The notes under the pieces: generated by a model
Told to the model about the DNA's origin: nothing
The model's database searches: none
Seen by the model: only the letters and a program-made list of their open reading frames with translations
Translations under genes and position numbers: made by a program
Shown here: positions 29,540 through 50,425 of the stretch, one piece after another
Layout of the letters: each line of letters begins with the position of its first letter
How positions within the stretch are numbered: position 1 is the stretch's first letter
Assembly: GCF_009914755.1 (NCBI RefSeq)
Contig: NC_060941.1
Length of the DNA: 64,000 bases
Origin: the human T2T-CHM13v2.0 reference genome, Homo sapiens
Reading direction: 5' to 3' (one strand)

Positions 29540-29760
29540 CCAGGAGTCAGTAAACTTTTTTTATAAAAGGCCAAAGGGTAGATATTTTAAACTCTGCAGG
29601 CCATAGATTTCTGGTGCAACACTTAACTCTGCTGTTGCAGGGAAAGAAGCCATACACAATTTGTAAATGAATGGGCATGACTGTGTTCTGATAAACTTTA
29701 CAAAAACAGGTGGTGGACTAGATGCAGCCTGCTCCTCTGGACATGGTTTGCCAGCCCCTG
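29540..29760. mobile_element. MER58A-like hAT-Charlie element
   Basis: caggagtcagtaaactttt...aaaggccaaagggtagatatttt...tttgccagcccctg. Confidence 0.7.
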
Positions 29761-30199
29761 ACATATACCACTACAGAGGATGCTGTTAGAATGAAATCTC
29801 TTTACACATCTCTGATCATCTCCTTAGGACTAATTGCTGGACATGACATGATGGTAGCTGTGGGTCAAAGGGCATGCACGCTCTGGGATGTACATTGCCA
29901 GATTGCTCATGATCAGCCTTTCTCATGTCAAAATGTTTTGTGACCACCAGAAGGCTGGTTCTGCTTTTATTATCCATTGACTGAGGAATAGAAATGACAT
30001 GGCATGTATGCAGGATATTTAACTATCGTATAGATAATCCTTGTGCACAAGTGCATTCTATATTCTTTCCCAATAAGTCTACATCTGCCAGAGTTGAAAT
30101 AAAAGAAAACAAAACAAACCTATTTAGCACCTTCTGTGTAGCAGGTCCATTCGTGTATGTTGTATTTCATTCTCAGAATTCTTATGACCTAGGCATTTT

Positions 30200-31610
30200 A
30201 AAATTTTTTTTAAAAATAGTTGACAAGGATTGTATATATTTAATGCATACAATGTGATGATTTCATATATGTATATATTGTGTACTAATTATCACAATCA
30301 AATTTATTACATCCATTACCACCTATGCTGTACATTAAATCTCCAGAATTTGTTCATCTTATAACTGAAAGTTTACACCCTTTGATTAATAGCTTCCCAT
30401 TTTCCCCACCTCCAGCCCTTGGCAACCACCATTCTACTATCTGTTTTTATGAGTTTGACTCTCTTAGATCCCACATATAAGTGAGATCATACAAAACTTG
30501 TCTTTCTGTGTCTGGCTTATTTCACTTAGCGTAATGTCCTCCAGGTTTATCCAGGACAGGAGTTTCTTCTTTTGAATGGCTAAGAGTCCATTGTTTATAT
30601 ATATTTTATTTATCCATTCATCTGTTGCTGGACACTTGGGCTGTTTCCATATCTTGGGTATTGTGAATAGTGTTGTAATAAACATGGGGCGCAGATCTCT
30701 CTTCAAGGTTCTAACCTGATTGCTGAATGGTATGCTTAGTTCTGCTTCTAATTTTTTGAGGAACCTCCATACTGTTTTCTGTAAAGGTTATACCACTTTA
30801 CATTCCAACCAACAGTGTACAAGGGTTCTCTTTCCTCTATGCTTTCGCCAACACTTGTTATCTCTTGTCGTTTTTTTATAAGAGCCGTCCTATCCTATGA
30901 GGCAATATCTCACTGTGGTTTTGATTTGCATTTCTGTGATGATTAGTGGTGTTGAACACCTTTTCATATGCTGTCTGGCCATTTGTATATCTTCTTTGGG
31001 GAAAAAAGTCCATTGGGGTCCTTTGCCTATTTTTAATTGGGTTATTCATGTATTTATTAATTTTTGCTATTGAGTTGTGTGAATTCCTTATATTTTTTCA
31101 AATAACCCCTTATCAAATATATGGGTCGCAAATATTTTCTTCCATCCCGTAGGTTGCCTTTTCATTTTGTCATGGTTTCCTTTGCTGCGTAAAACCTTTT
31201 AAGATTGATGTAGTCCCATTTATTTATTTTCACTTTTGTTGCCTGTGCTTTGGTGTTACATCAAAAAAAAATTGCCAATTATGACCAATGTCGAGGAGAT
31301 TTTTCCCTATGTGTACTTCCAGGATTTACATGGTTTCAGATATTACATTTAAATCTTTAATCCGTTTTGAGCTAATTTTCTGTATATGATGTAAAACAAG
31401 TGTGCAATTTCATTCTTTTTCACGCACTTTCCCCAACACTATTCATTGAAGACAGTTTTCTTTCTACATTGTGCTTTTTTTTTTTTTTTACAGTACAGTG
31501 AAAGCAAGTCTATTAAGAAAGTAAAGGAATAAAAGAATCTACATTGCATATCCTTGATGGCCTTGTCAAAGATCTGTTGACCATATATGCACGGGGTTAT
31601 TTCTGGGTGA
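30200..31610 (-). mobile_element. L1MA-like LINE 3' end
   Basis: ORF 30464..30706 MFITTLFTIPKIWKQPKCPATDEWINKI...LEDITLSEISQTQKDK is the L1 ORF2 C-terminus; 3'UTR follows. Confidence 0.88.
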
Positions 31611-31769
31611 GCTTGGCATTTTTATCTACCTCATTCTACCGATGAGGAGGCCGAGTCTCAAAGAGTTCACAGACCTGCCTAAGGTCACTCAGCTAGAGGT
31701 GATACAACCAGGGTTTGAACTGAGATCTGCCAAGCTTCTGAGTTTATTCTTTTTCCCCCACACCAAGGA

Positions 31770-31885
31770 TCCTCAATTCTGCCTTACTGACATCAGGATC
31801 CGGTCAATTCTTTGTGATGGGGGCTGTCCTGCACCTGGCAGGATGTTTAGCAGCTTCTCTGGCCTCCACCCACTGGATGCCAGGG
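31770..31885. mobile_element. MER20 fragment
   Basis: aattctttgtgatgggggctgtcctgcac...aggatgtttagcagc...ctggcctccacccactggatgcca. Confidence 0.7.
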
Positions 31886-32978
31886 GAATGCAGAAGAGGC
31901 TTGTTCATTCTCCCATTTAATCCTCAGGACAATATCTGACATAAATGTTATGTCTTTTATTTTATAAATGAAGAAAATGAGACTCAGAAAGGTTTAAGTG
32001 AGTTACTTAAGAACACACAGACAGCAAGAGGTAGAACTGGAAACCGAACACAGGTGTCCACATGGGACAACAAAAAAGTTCACGTTCCATCTTCTTTTGA
32101 GTCTCTCATTTCAATAATTACCATTGTGTGGATATGAGCTGAAGTACAGGAAACCTGGGGCTGAACTCTCCTCCCATCAGGCCTAGGAGCCCCAGACCAG
32201 AACCCCAGCCCAAGGTCTCCCAGTCAGGCCCGCTGGCGTGAGCTGGCATCTACACTAGCATGGTTTCCCAAAGCTGCAGGGATGCCAGTCTCGCCGCTGA
32301 TGAAGGAAATGAAGGGCATTTGCTTCTCCTGCAGGCTCTCGGGATTTAACACAGATTCCTTTTCTTGCTGTCTTCTCCCATAGCACAAAACAGGGTGGTC
32401 AATCCCCCTCCCAGTGTCCCAAGGCTTTGTTGCGTGTTCTCTTTAATTTCTCCCACTCTTGCGGTGTAACCTACCCTCATCTCCCTGGCAACCTTTCTGC
32501 TGTATCCTCTCGACACCTGGATCACAAGAACACTTGTGAGACCCCTTAACAAGTTACATCCCAAATTATCATTCCCCTTTGTCCTCAGCCAGTGCTCAGG
32601 TCCAACTTGCTCTCCTGGGGTGACTTTCTTTCCTGCCCAATATGGTTTCATCATCTGTAAATTGGGGATAATTAAAGTCTTGATCCTGATATTTGACTCT
32701 CAAAGCAGAAGTAGCAAGCTCAGCCAAGTCACTTCAACAAGAGGAGACGTTCCTTGTGAACCAAAAGGACACTGGTCACAAGGGCCGCTCCTTCTTCTGT
32801 CAGGCCTCTCCAGCACGCCCTTGGCTCAGCCGAAGAAGAGACTCAGGCTGTGCTTCTGCACTGTTGGGATAACATAGGCCTCTTCCATGTGGTTCCACAC
32901 CAGGAACATGGGGACAATCAGACCTCTCCCAGTGTGGGCATAAGGATACAAGATCATGTCAATATTGACATTCATAAT

Positions 32979-33284
32979 GGCTGGGCGCAGTGGCACACGC
33001 CTGTAATGCCAGCACTTTGGGAGGCTGAGGTGGGCAGATTGCTTGAACCCCAGAGTTCGAAACCAGCCTGGGCGACTTGGCAAAACCAGTCTCTACTGAA
33101 AATACAAACAATTGGCTGGGCTTGGTGGCGCACACCTGTAGTCTCAGCTACTTGGGAGGCTGAGGTGGGAGGATTGCTCAAACCCAGGGAGGTTGAGGCT
33201 TCAGTGAGCTATGATGGCATTGCTGTACTCCAACCTGGGCAACAGAGTGAGGCCCTGTCTCAAAACAAAAACAAAGACAAAACA
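32979..33284 (+). mobile_element. Alu (AluJ-like)
   Basis: Full dimer, TSD ACATTCATAAT at 32968-32978 / 33285-33295. Confidence 0.92.
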
Positions 33285-33497
33285 ACATTCATAATAGTAG
33301 CAATAGCTACTATGTGCCAAGCCCAGGCACCTCTTCGAGTCTTTGCTGTCACCCTATCAGGTAAGCGTGCTTAGAAGTTACACGAAGCCCACGGCTCAGT
33401 GTTTGGCCCATGGTAAGGGCCTAAAAAGGGATAGCCCCAGTGGTGGGGATGCTGCTGCTGCTGACCATTAACCCCAGTCTGCTCCACCTTCTTCCAG

Positions 33498-33631
33498 GCA
33501 GTCTGTGAGATGTTTCATGTCCGAGGCAAACAGCACATTCAGATCCCCAAGCTCTACACCTCCAGTGTGACCAGGCACCTGCACCACTTCAGGCTCATGC
33601 AGGACTCACAGCCTTTGGACCTCAGCTAAAG
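33498..33631 (+). pseudogene. NOS2 pseudogene exon fragment (reductase FMN/FAD linker region)
   Basis: ttccag| [43 protein letters not shown] vs recalled NOS2 [44 protein letters not shown]; premature TAA and no GT donor. Confidence 0.9.
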
Positions 33632-34547
33632 GACTTGCTTCTCTTCAGCACACGGGGCTTGTTTGTGTTGGGGTCTGAGCCCTGAGCCCATGGTCAAGGA
33701 GACCCCCAGGTCTTTCTGAACAGAGACAGCTGGCCTGGGGGCCTCCCTCTCACTGCGTGCAAGAGGCTGTTAGGGTGCAAGACTCAAGGCGCTGAGGGAG
33801 GCTGTTTCAGGAGGGAGCCCCAGGAGGGTGGTGGAGACAGAAGGGGGCAGCATCTGCCGAGGCCCTACTGTGTGCCTGGCACCGTGTGGGGTTTCTGGCC
33901 CATATGGGCTAAGTGACCCTGCACACTCCTCTTAGGAGAGAGGCTCAGATGGAGAAATTGCAGTTCAGGAAGGTGAAGCAAGCTGCTAGCCTGTGGCCAT
34001 GTTGGGATCTGGGCCTCAGCCTTCCAGCCACGAAGGCAGCCAAGTGTCATAAAGAAGGCATCACAGAGGCAATTCCAGGCTGTAGTGGTGAACTTTCCAC
34101 TCTGCATCCCCGGGTGCTGTGCCCTGTGCCCTGTGCCCTGTCTAAGGTAGCCCTGCGGGTTTCTATATGTTTAAGTTATCCCCAGCATCAATGATGCTCT
34201 CCTGTGGATCCCAAGCCATGGAGATGTCCTGGGACTTTTCATTTTTAGGTACCTAAATTGAATTTCCCAACACACAGAAGCAAGACAGCCGCCCTAACAG
34301 ACTCTTGCATGCAGTGAGAGGGAGGCCGCCAGGCCAGCTGTCTCTGTTCAGAAAGACCTGGGGGTCTCCTTGACCATGCGCTCAGGGCTCAGACCCCAAC
34401 ACAAACAAGCCCCGTGTGCTGAAGAGAAGCAGGTCCCTTAGCTGAGGTCCAAAGGCTGTGGGTCCTGCATGAGCCTGAAGTGGTGCACGTCCCTGGTCAC
34501 ATTGGAGGTGGAGAGCTTGGGGATCTGAATGTGCTGTTTGCCTTGGA
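33520..34547. repeat. Inverted repeat: arms 33520-33775 and 34292-34547 (256 bp, about 12 mismatches), 516-bp spacer
   Basis: Hand comparison of arm 1 with the reverse complement of arm 2; ungapped. Confidence 0.93.
34437..34547 (-). pseudogene. Inverted partial copy of the same NOS2 pseudo-exon
   Basis: [34 protein letters not shown] (end of ORF 34438..34686). Confidence 0.9.
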
Positions 34548-34726
34548 TCTTTATTTGTGATTCAGAAACAGTGGAATAAAAGGAAAGGAAAGAAAACCGG
34601 AATGGCCACCTCAGCAGGATGCTCCAAGGGTAGTGTCCAGGTGGCACTGACTCAGACATGTGGGGGCTTCCCCCACCCATGCTCAAGAGTCACTTTGCCA
34701 TTTCACCATCTCTCTGTCCTCCACAC

Positions 34727-34803
34727 CCCTCAGCAGCAAGCACACCAAGAATGTGTTCACCATGAAGCTCAAATCTCAGCCGAATCTAGAGTCTGAAATC
34801 CAA
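34727..34803 (+). pseudogene. NOS2 pseudogene exon fragment (next exon)
   Basis: LSSKHTKNVFTMKLKSQPNLES vs recalled NOS2 LSSMHAKNVFTMRLKSRQNLQS; acceptor decayed (CAC), donor GTAAGG intact. Confidence 0.85.
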
Positions 34804-35687
34804 GTAAGGGAAAGTGTAGAGCTTCTCGGATGATGCCCTGTCAATTTTATTTTAACGAATGAAAGACCAGAAGAAGTCAGTCTTTGAAAGGAGAGGACAG
34901 GAGCATCTGCTGGCATTAGCAGCCATGCCATCGTAGGACCGGCTCACCTGGACCCGTGGACACCTGTGCTTTTACATCTAGTCTTGGTTAACCATGGGCC
35001 ACTTTTCCAGCTTGGAAACTAAGCATATGCTCCACTTCCTCTCTTTCCTCATTGAACTCTTTCACTAAAAGAACAGTGCGAGAGAGACTTAAACTGTTTG
35101 CCTCATTCTTAAGAACTTTCAGGAAAAGTGTTGGCAGGGAAGGAAATTTCCCAGCTCTGGGAAACAGTCTTGTGGATTATCTGCTGGTTTCATTGATCTG
35201 TGCTGTCCTCCCTGCATTCATTAGGAAACCTGGCCTTGGTTCAAGTAAGAACAGGATTTGTCCTGGTGACAGAGAAAGGTTTCTTCTGATGTCCATATAT
35301 CTCCGAGGGGGATGCTTTCTCCAGGCAGAGGCTGTGGCCAAGCGATCGGGGGGCTCAGAGGGCTGCTGGGAAGGGGTGGGCCCCTCTCTCCCCAGAGGGA
35401 AACTCCTGGGGACCTCTCGAGCACCCCTGCCCATCCTTTAAACATAAATTCATAAATACAAACAAGTAGGCCATTCACAGAAATATATAAAATATGTCAT
35501 AGGACGGGTGGCACTCTCATATGGCAATAATTATGACAGGGGCCGGCAAATGACCTGCGTGACCCGGAGTGGCCTGAGCACTGACTCCCAAATGCCCTCC
35601 ATAGGATGTTCTGCATCCCTGAGACCCTTTCCTGGGTCCTCCTGGGCCCTACCACCCCCTAGACCATCCAGACCTCAGGTCATCCCC

Positions 35688-35792
35688 CTGTCTGTTGACA
35701 GAGTAGTCTCCGTTCCTGAATGTGCTGGTCACCAGCAACAGCAGCTGCTCCTCCTCCAGGAAGCTCAGCCTATACTTCTACACGCAGAGAAC
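35688..35792 (-). pseudogene. NOS2 pseudogene exon fragment (FMN-binding flavodoxin motif)
   Basis: 105 nt, VLCV*KYRLSFLEEEQLLLLVTSTFRNGDYSVNRQ vs recalled NOS2 [35 protein letters not shown]; in-frame stop, donor GG. Confidence 0.88.
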
Positions 35793-37159
35793 CTGGACGG
35801 CACCCAGGTGGACCTAAGCCTTCAGCTCCCAGTAGACGCTCTGGGTTTCCTACCCTGCCCAGACACTCTGGGCTTCCCCCCACACCTCCCCTCGTCCGGG
35901 GCTCCTGTGTGCATCTGTCTCTCCCAGTGCCCAGCACAGGCGTGGAACGGAAGAGGTGAATGGACCGATTTGAACACATCATCCTGGATTCTCCGTTCCC
36001 TCTCAAGCCCTGCAGCTAACCCATCGGCAAGCCCTGGAGGCTCTTCCTCCAAAATCCTGCCTATCCCATGTGCAAACGCCTCTCACCATGTCCACTGCTA
36101 TTTGCAGTTCTGTGTGTGTGGAAATACTTCCACCAATTTGGAATGAACAGGTCACAGCTGTGCCTGGAGGGAATGGCCAGGGAAATGTGCCCTCGCCTTG
36201 CTGTTCTATCCAGGCCCACCCAGCTGAGGATGGGGGACCTGCCACCACTCTCCTGGCAGTTCCGGACTCCTGGGAACCGGCAGGTGAGGACCCAAGAGTG
36301 TTTTCAGTGACCCGGCTGACCTGGTCATCCGTCAGTCCCACCTTGGCCTAGGCCTCTATACAGCACAGATCACAGCTCATTCCATCCTGGCATTACACTG
36401 GCCTGTGCCCTGTCCTCAGGGTCACATCCGTCTCCCAGAAGCCGTGCAACCCTGGAAAACCCAGGTCTAACAGTCAGGTTCCTCCTCCGTGCATTAACAA
36501 TGGCGTTGACGCCTGCTTTGCGGGACGCTGGGAGGGGAGAGGGAGGTGTATGCTGGAGAGCTCCCCAGGGGCAAGGCCTGGCTCTGCGTCACCCACTGTC
36601 AGATCCTGAGAGCCTGGGGCTGGCCCAGCACGTGGCCACCGTTCCCTAAGAGTTGGATTTCATCCCTCAGTGCTGAAGGCAGGGGATAGAGCTTAGACAG
36701 ACCCCCTGCATCCTGTCTTCTTTATCTACAGCTTTCTCATCCTTGTCCCTTTCACGTGCACCCGGCAGAGCAGGTGTTCACTGAGCTTGAGCAAAATTCA
36801 AGCTAGAGCAGCTGATGGATCTTGAGGCCTAGATTCACTGTCAAAGTGTTTCTCAAACGGTGCTCTCCAGAACACCAAGGAAAACTCATTTACTCTATAA
36901 GTCTGAAAATCCCTGCCCACCGGTCTACCTTTGTGTATGAGCAATCAGCTCTACCATTCAGCCCAGGTGTGTGTTTGCTGGACCATGTGGAGGAAGCTGA
37001 AGAGACATGAGCTGAAGGCAGAGGGTGAGTCCAAGGTGGGATCTTGGGACAGGTACGAGAAGTTAGGCAAAAATGGGATAATTCTAGCCTTCATAACCTT
37101 AGATAATAGTTCACATTATTATTTAGTTAATAGAATTGTACCCACATTAAATTTCTCAA

Positions 37160-37459
<300 letters not shown>

Positions 37460-37589
37460 TAAATTTCTTATGTGCCATGGGACTGCAAAACATCATTATT
37501 AGGGGCAGCTGGATGGAAGGTATAGGAGGACACTATAGTGCCTTTTCAATATTTCTGTCTAAAATCTAAAAGCATTTCAACAGGAAACA

Positions 37590-37595
37590 TTTATT
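37590..37595 (-). terminator. TBC1D3 polyadenylation signal AATAAA (3' end about 37570)
   Basis: TTTATT on + strand about 290 nt past the stop codon. Confidence 0.75.
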
Positions 37596-37886
37596 TCAAA
37601 ACGTGAAGGTAGTTATCCTTCCATGAGTTTAAAGTACAAAGGCAGGCTCACGGTGTCGTCAGAATTCAGAACGATGGTCGTGGGGCTTGGGGTGCTGGGA
37701 GGGGCTGGGCATGGTTGGCTTTGTGATCTGGGGTCTGGTGTGTTCCATCTCTGAATCTCTCTCGAGCTGCACTCTTTCTTAATACATTTTCATAAGTTTA
37801 ACCAAAAATAAAACGAGGACGCGAAGCTTGCTTGGGTTGTTAAGCCTAGGGAAATTATCCAGCCATGAGCCCTGGCCCAGATGCTT

Positions 37887-46922
<9,036 letters not shown>

Positions 46923-48351
46923 CCTGTGAGACAGAATTGTCTAAAGGTCACACTGTACGCGGCGGCTTCGGAGAACACCTGAACCGCTCTCGCCGGGCTC
47001 CCAGATGCTGGCTGGCTGCGTAACCCCCATTCCACCGCCGCCCCCAGGGAAAAAGGGGCCAGACCCAGTGGCCCACAGCTGCTCCAGTCTCTGGAGTCTC
47101 AAGTCCCAAGCAGGGGTGGGCATCTTCCCAAGGACTTGAGTACAGTGGGACCTAGACAGAGAATCCTGTTGTCCCCCAATGCCATGAAATGGGGACACAC
47201 CGGCCCCAGCAGGTTGAATGGTTTCCACCTGCCAAGGGTGAAGGGCCCATGATGGGCTATTCCAGGGATGTGGAGGCAGACTGGGGTCAGCGACCAGAGG
47301 TCTCTGTGCAATCGGCCTCCTGGGATGCTCAGGGCCTCAGCGATGCCCAGTTTCCTACAGGGAACAAGATCTCTCCCGACTGCTCGGTTCTACTCCGCTC
47401 ATCACTTTGGCTACCGTGGCTCTTCAGTCTGAACAGTGAAGCCACTTTAGGAATAACGCCTGTTGAGCAGGAGGGTGTTGGGTTTGGGGGATGAGGAAGA
47501 TCTATTGTACGCATGGAAACCACGTCTCTCGCGGAGGGACTGTGGAGTCCACCATTCTGAGCCGTCCCAACAGGAGGAGGCTTCATTTTCCTGGGTCACT
47601 GAGGAAGAACAGTGGGTCCTTGGTCCTGGAGAACAGCTGGATGGACCGTCCCTCCTGGGAATACTCGAGGCAAAAGGAGGGCGAGGCCTCAAGAGGACCA
47701 CGCAGAGCAAGAAATACCTGGGGAGAACCCTAGTGCCCGGACCCCTTTGAACACAAGGGAAGATAGTCTCCCCTCAGCCAGCCCTCCAGGGCTCCTTCAT
47801 TTTCCACAGCTGCCCAAGGGCAGCAGGCTCCCCCGGACAAGGGACCATGTGTGTTCAGTGGGGCCCACAGCGACCATCAGGACCCAGCTTAGGGCACAGA
47901 GGTGTTCTGAGGACCGTCAGTGGATCTGTACCAGTGGCTCTATACCAGTGGCTCTGCCAGGACCAGGCTCTGCCCCATCGGGATGGGAAACCTGGGCAGA
48001 TTTGGGATCTAGGGCAGGGAGGTCACAGGGTTCAGGCCTGAATTCCAGCACAGCACACGGCAGGGCTGAGAGCAAAACTCAGGGTCATGTCCGGATTCCC
48101 AGGCCGGTTACTGCCTCTCTGACCCCAGACGTCTCATCTGTCGAATGGGGACATTTGGGAACAGCACCCACTCTACGAAGCCACCATGGAGACGAAAGAG
48201 CCAATCGTCTACACGGGCAGTGTAGAACGGGCGCCTGGTGAGTGCTCAGGGATGACCCTCCTCGGTAGCTGCCCCACAGAGGCCAACACCGCCCGCACCG
48301 TAGCCACTGTCCCCAAGTCCGCCTGGAGGGAAGAGAGCAGGTCACGCTCAC

Positions 48352-48500
48352 CTGATTCTGATGAATCAGCTGGCCTGGGTCATGCCTCTCAGGGAGAAAA
48401 CCTTTGAGTCCACAGAGCTGCTCACAGATACCACTGCCTGTGTGTAACTGCTGTAGACCACTGACGCAGGCCAGAGAGCAGATAGGTGCTAAGCACCAGT
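48352..48500 (-). other. TBC1D3: TBC1D3 non-coding first exon (5'UTR); TSS approximate
   Basis: Donor AATCAG|GTGAGC at 48352/48351; sequence ACTGGTGCTTAGCACC...CATCAGAATCAG matches the recalled TBC1D3 mRNA leader. Confidence 0.75.
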
Positions 48501-49283
48501 GACATTCTGAGGTCATGGCACGAATCACAGTGGGGCCTTGCCCGGGTCAGCAGCACCCAGAGTCAGGGTCCTCCGCTGCCTGAGGCGTCAACATGCCTGC
48601 CTGCAACGTGTTTGTGCACGTGCGTGCACACGTGTATGTGGGTAAACATGTCTGTGCACATGTGTGTTGCTTCTCTGGCCAGGCCCGGCTGCCCCACTCA
48701 TGTGTGCACCCAGTTCCTCATCACTGTCACCCCCGAGGCCCAGGGCCAGCATCAGAGCATCCATGGCTGCTCCCTAACCTCAGCCCTCCCCGCCCAGGGT
48801 GGTCCTGGGATACACATAGGGGTGGAGGGAAGTGACTGCTGCTGTTGGATCTCAGAATACAAAAGCTAATACTATTACCTAATGGTCTTTTTAGTGTATC
48901 TAATGGTATCGCTTTTTCATTTCTGATATTTTAACTGGGTATTTCTCTCCATGACCCTTGGATATTCTAGCTAGAGGATCCTGTGGGGAAAGTGCCGAGC
49001 ACACAGTAGGGGCTCACTCTTCTAGACATGTTATCTAAAACCTGGTTCATCTGTCCTTCCACGCAGGGCCTAGGGGATGCCAAATTCCAGGGTCCAGAAA
49101 GAGCTTGGGATAAAATGAAACTTCAAGGGGACGGCTTTGACCTGGGCTGAGTCTGTCTGTGCCATCCAACTGGAGTCTCAAGTCCTGAGGCAGGACGTCC
49201 AGATGCCCCAGTGCAGGGCCCTCCTGATCAACACCTGCTCCCCTGTACTCATTAGCAACCTCACCCACCCTACTCTCAAAGCA

Positions 49284-49620
49284 CACTTGGCTCTCGTATC
49301 CAGGAGCTCTGCATCTATAGATTCGGCAACAGCAGATGGAAAATATTCAGAAAATAAATTGGATGGTTATGTTTCTATTGAACATGTGCAGACTTTGTTC
49401 TTGTCATCATTCCCTAAAGAATACAGTATCACGACCATTTATGTAGCATCTGCATTGTATTACACATCATAATCTAGTAACAGTCTAACGTATACGGGAG
49501 GATGCGCATAGCTTATACGTAAATACTAGGCCATGTTCTATCAGAGACTTGAGCATCCATGGATTTTGGCATTCCCGGGGACCCTAGAACTAATCCTCCA
49601 TGGATACCAAGGGATGACTG
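49284..49620. mobile_element. MER2-like TcMar-Tigger element
   Basis: ...gagacttgagcatccatggattttgg...ccatggataccaagggatgactg|ta. Confidence 0.75.
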
Positions 49621-50083
49621 TATATACTCACTCAGGAAGGCTTCTCATTGGAGGAAGGGCCCGGTTCAGGACAGACAGGGACATCATCCCTGGACTACTG
49701 TCCATCCATCCATTCATCCATTGGCACCACCCTCTAGGACTGTCCCAATGACAGCCCTAGCAAGTGGAGATAAGAAAAAAGACTGGCTCAAATGGTACAG
49801 CTTTGAGGTCTTGGAAGATGTTGCACCAGTATGAGAATAGGGGGTCAGTTTCCTCCAGGATCCAGAAAGCATATCAGGCAGGCTCGGGGAGAGGAAAGGA
49901 ACACGGCCTCTCCAGCAGCCACACAGGCCTGCAGTAGGATGGGGCTGGGGCTGGGGCTGGGGCTGGGACTGGGGCTGGCCCCGTTTATCACTTGGGCCTC
50001 ATGAGGGGAAAAGAAAGGACAGGGGGCAGAGGAGGAGCATGGGGGCAGCGGGTTGCCTAAGGAGAAGGCGCCTCAGGGAAGGG

Positions 50084-50425
50084 GTATTAGTTTGTTTTCA
50101 CACTGCTATAAAGAAATACTTGAGCCTAGGTAATTTATAAAGGAAAGAGGTTTAATCGACTCCCAGTTCAGGGAACTTACAGTCATGGCAGAAGGCGAAG
50201 GGGAAGCAGGCACCTTCTCCACAAGGCGGCAGGAGGGAGTGAGCGGAGAAGCAGGAAGTGCCACACTTTCAAACCATCAGCTCTCCTGAGAACTCCCTCA
50301 CTATCAGGGGAGCAGCAGGGGGGAAACTGTCCCCAGATCCCATCCCCTCCCACCAGGTTCCTCCCTTGACACAGGAGGATTACAATTCCAGATGAGATTT
50401 CGGTGGGGACACAGAGCCCAACCTG
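50084..50425. mobile_element. MSTA-type MaLR LTR
   Basis: gtattagtttgttttcacactgctataaagaaatac...gaaggcgaaggggaagcaggcacc...gggacacagagcc. Confidence 0.8.

Noticed and set aside
35508-36146. 212-aa + strand ORF with QQQQLLLLQ
   Set aside because: Antisense reading of the NOS2 pseudo-exon at 35688-35792 and flanking intron.
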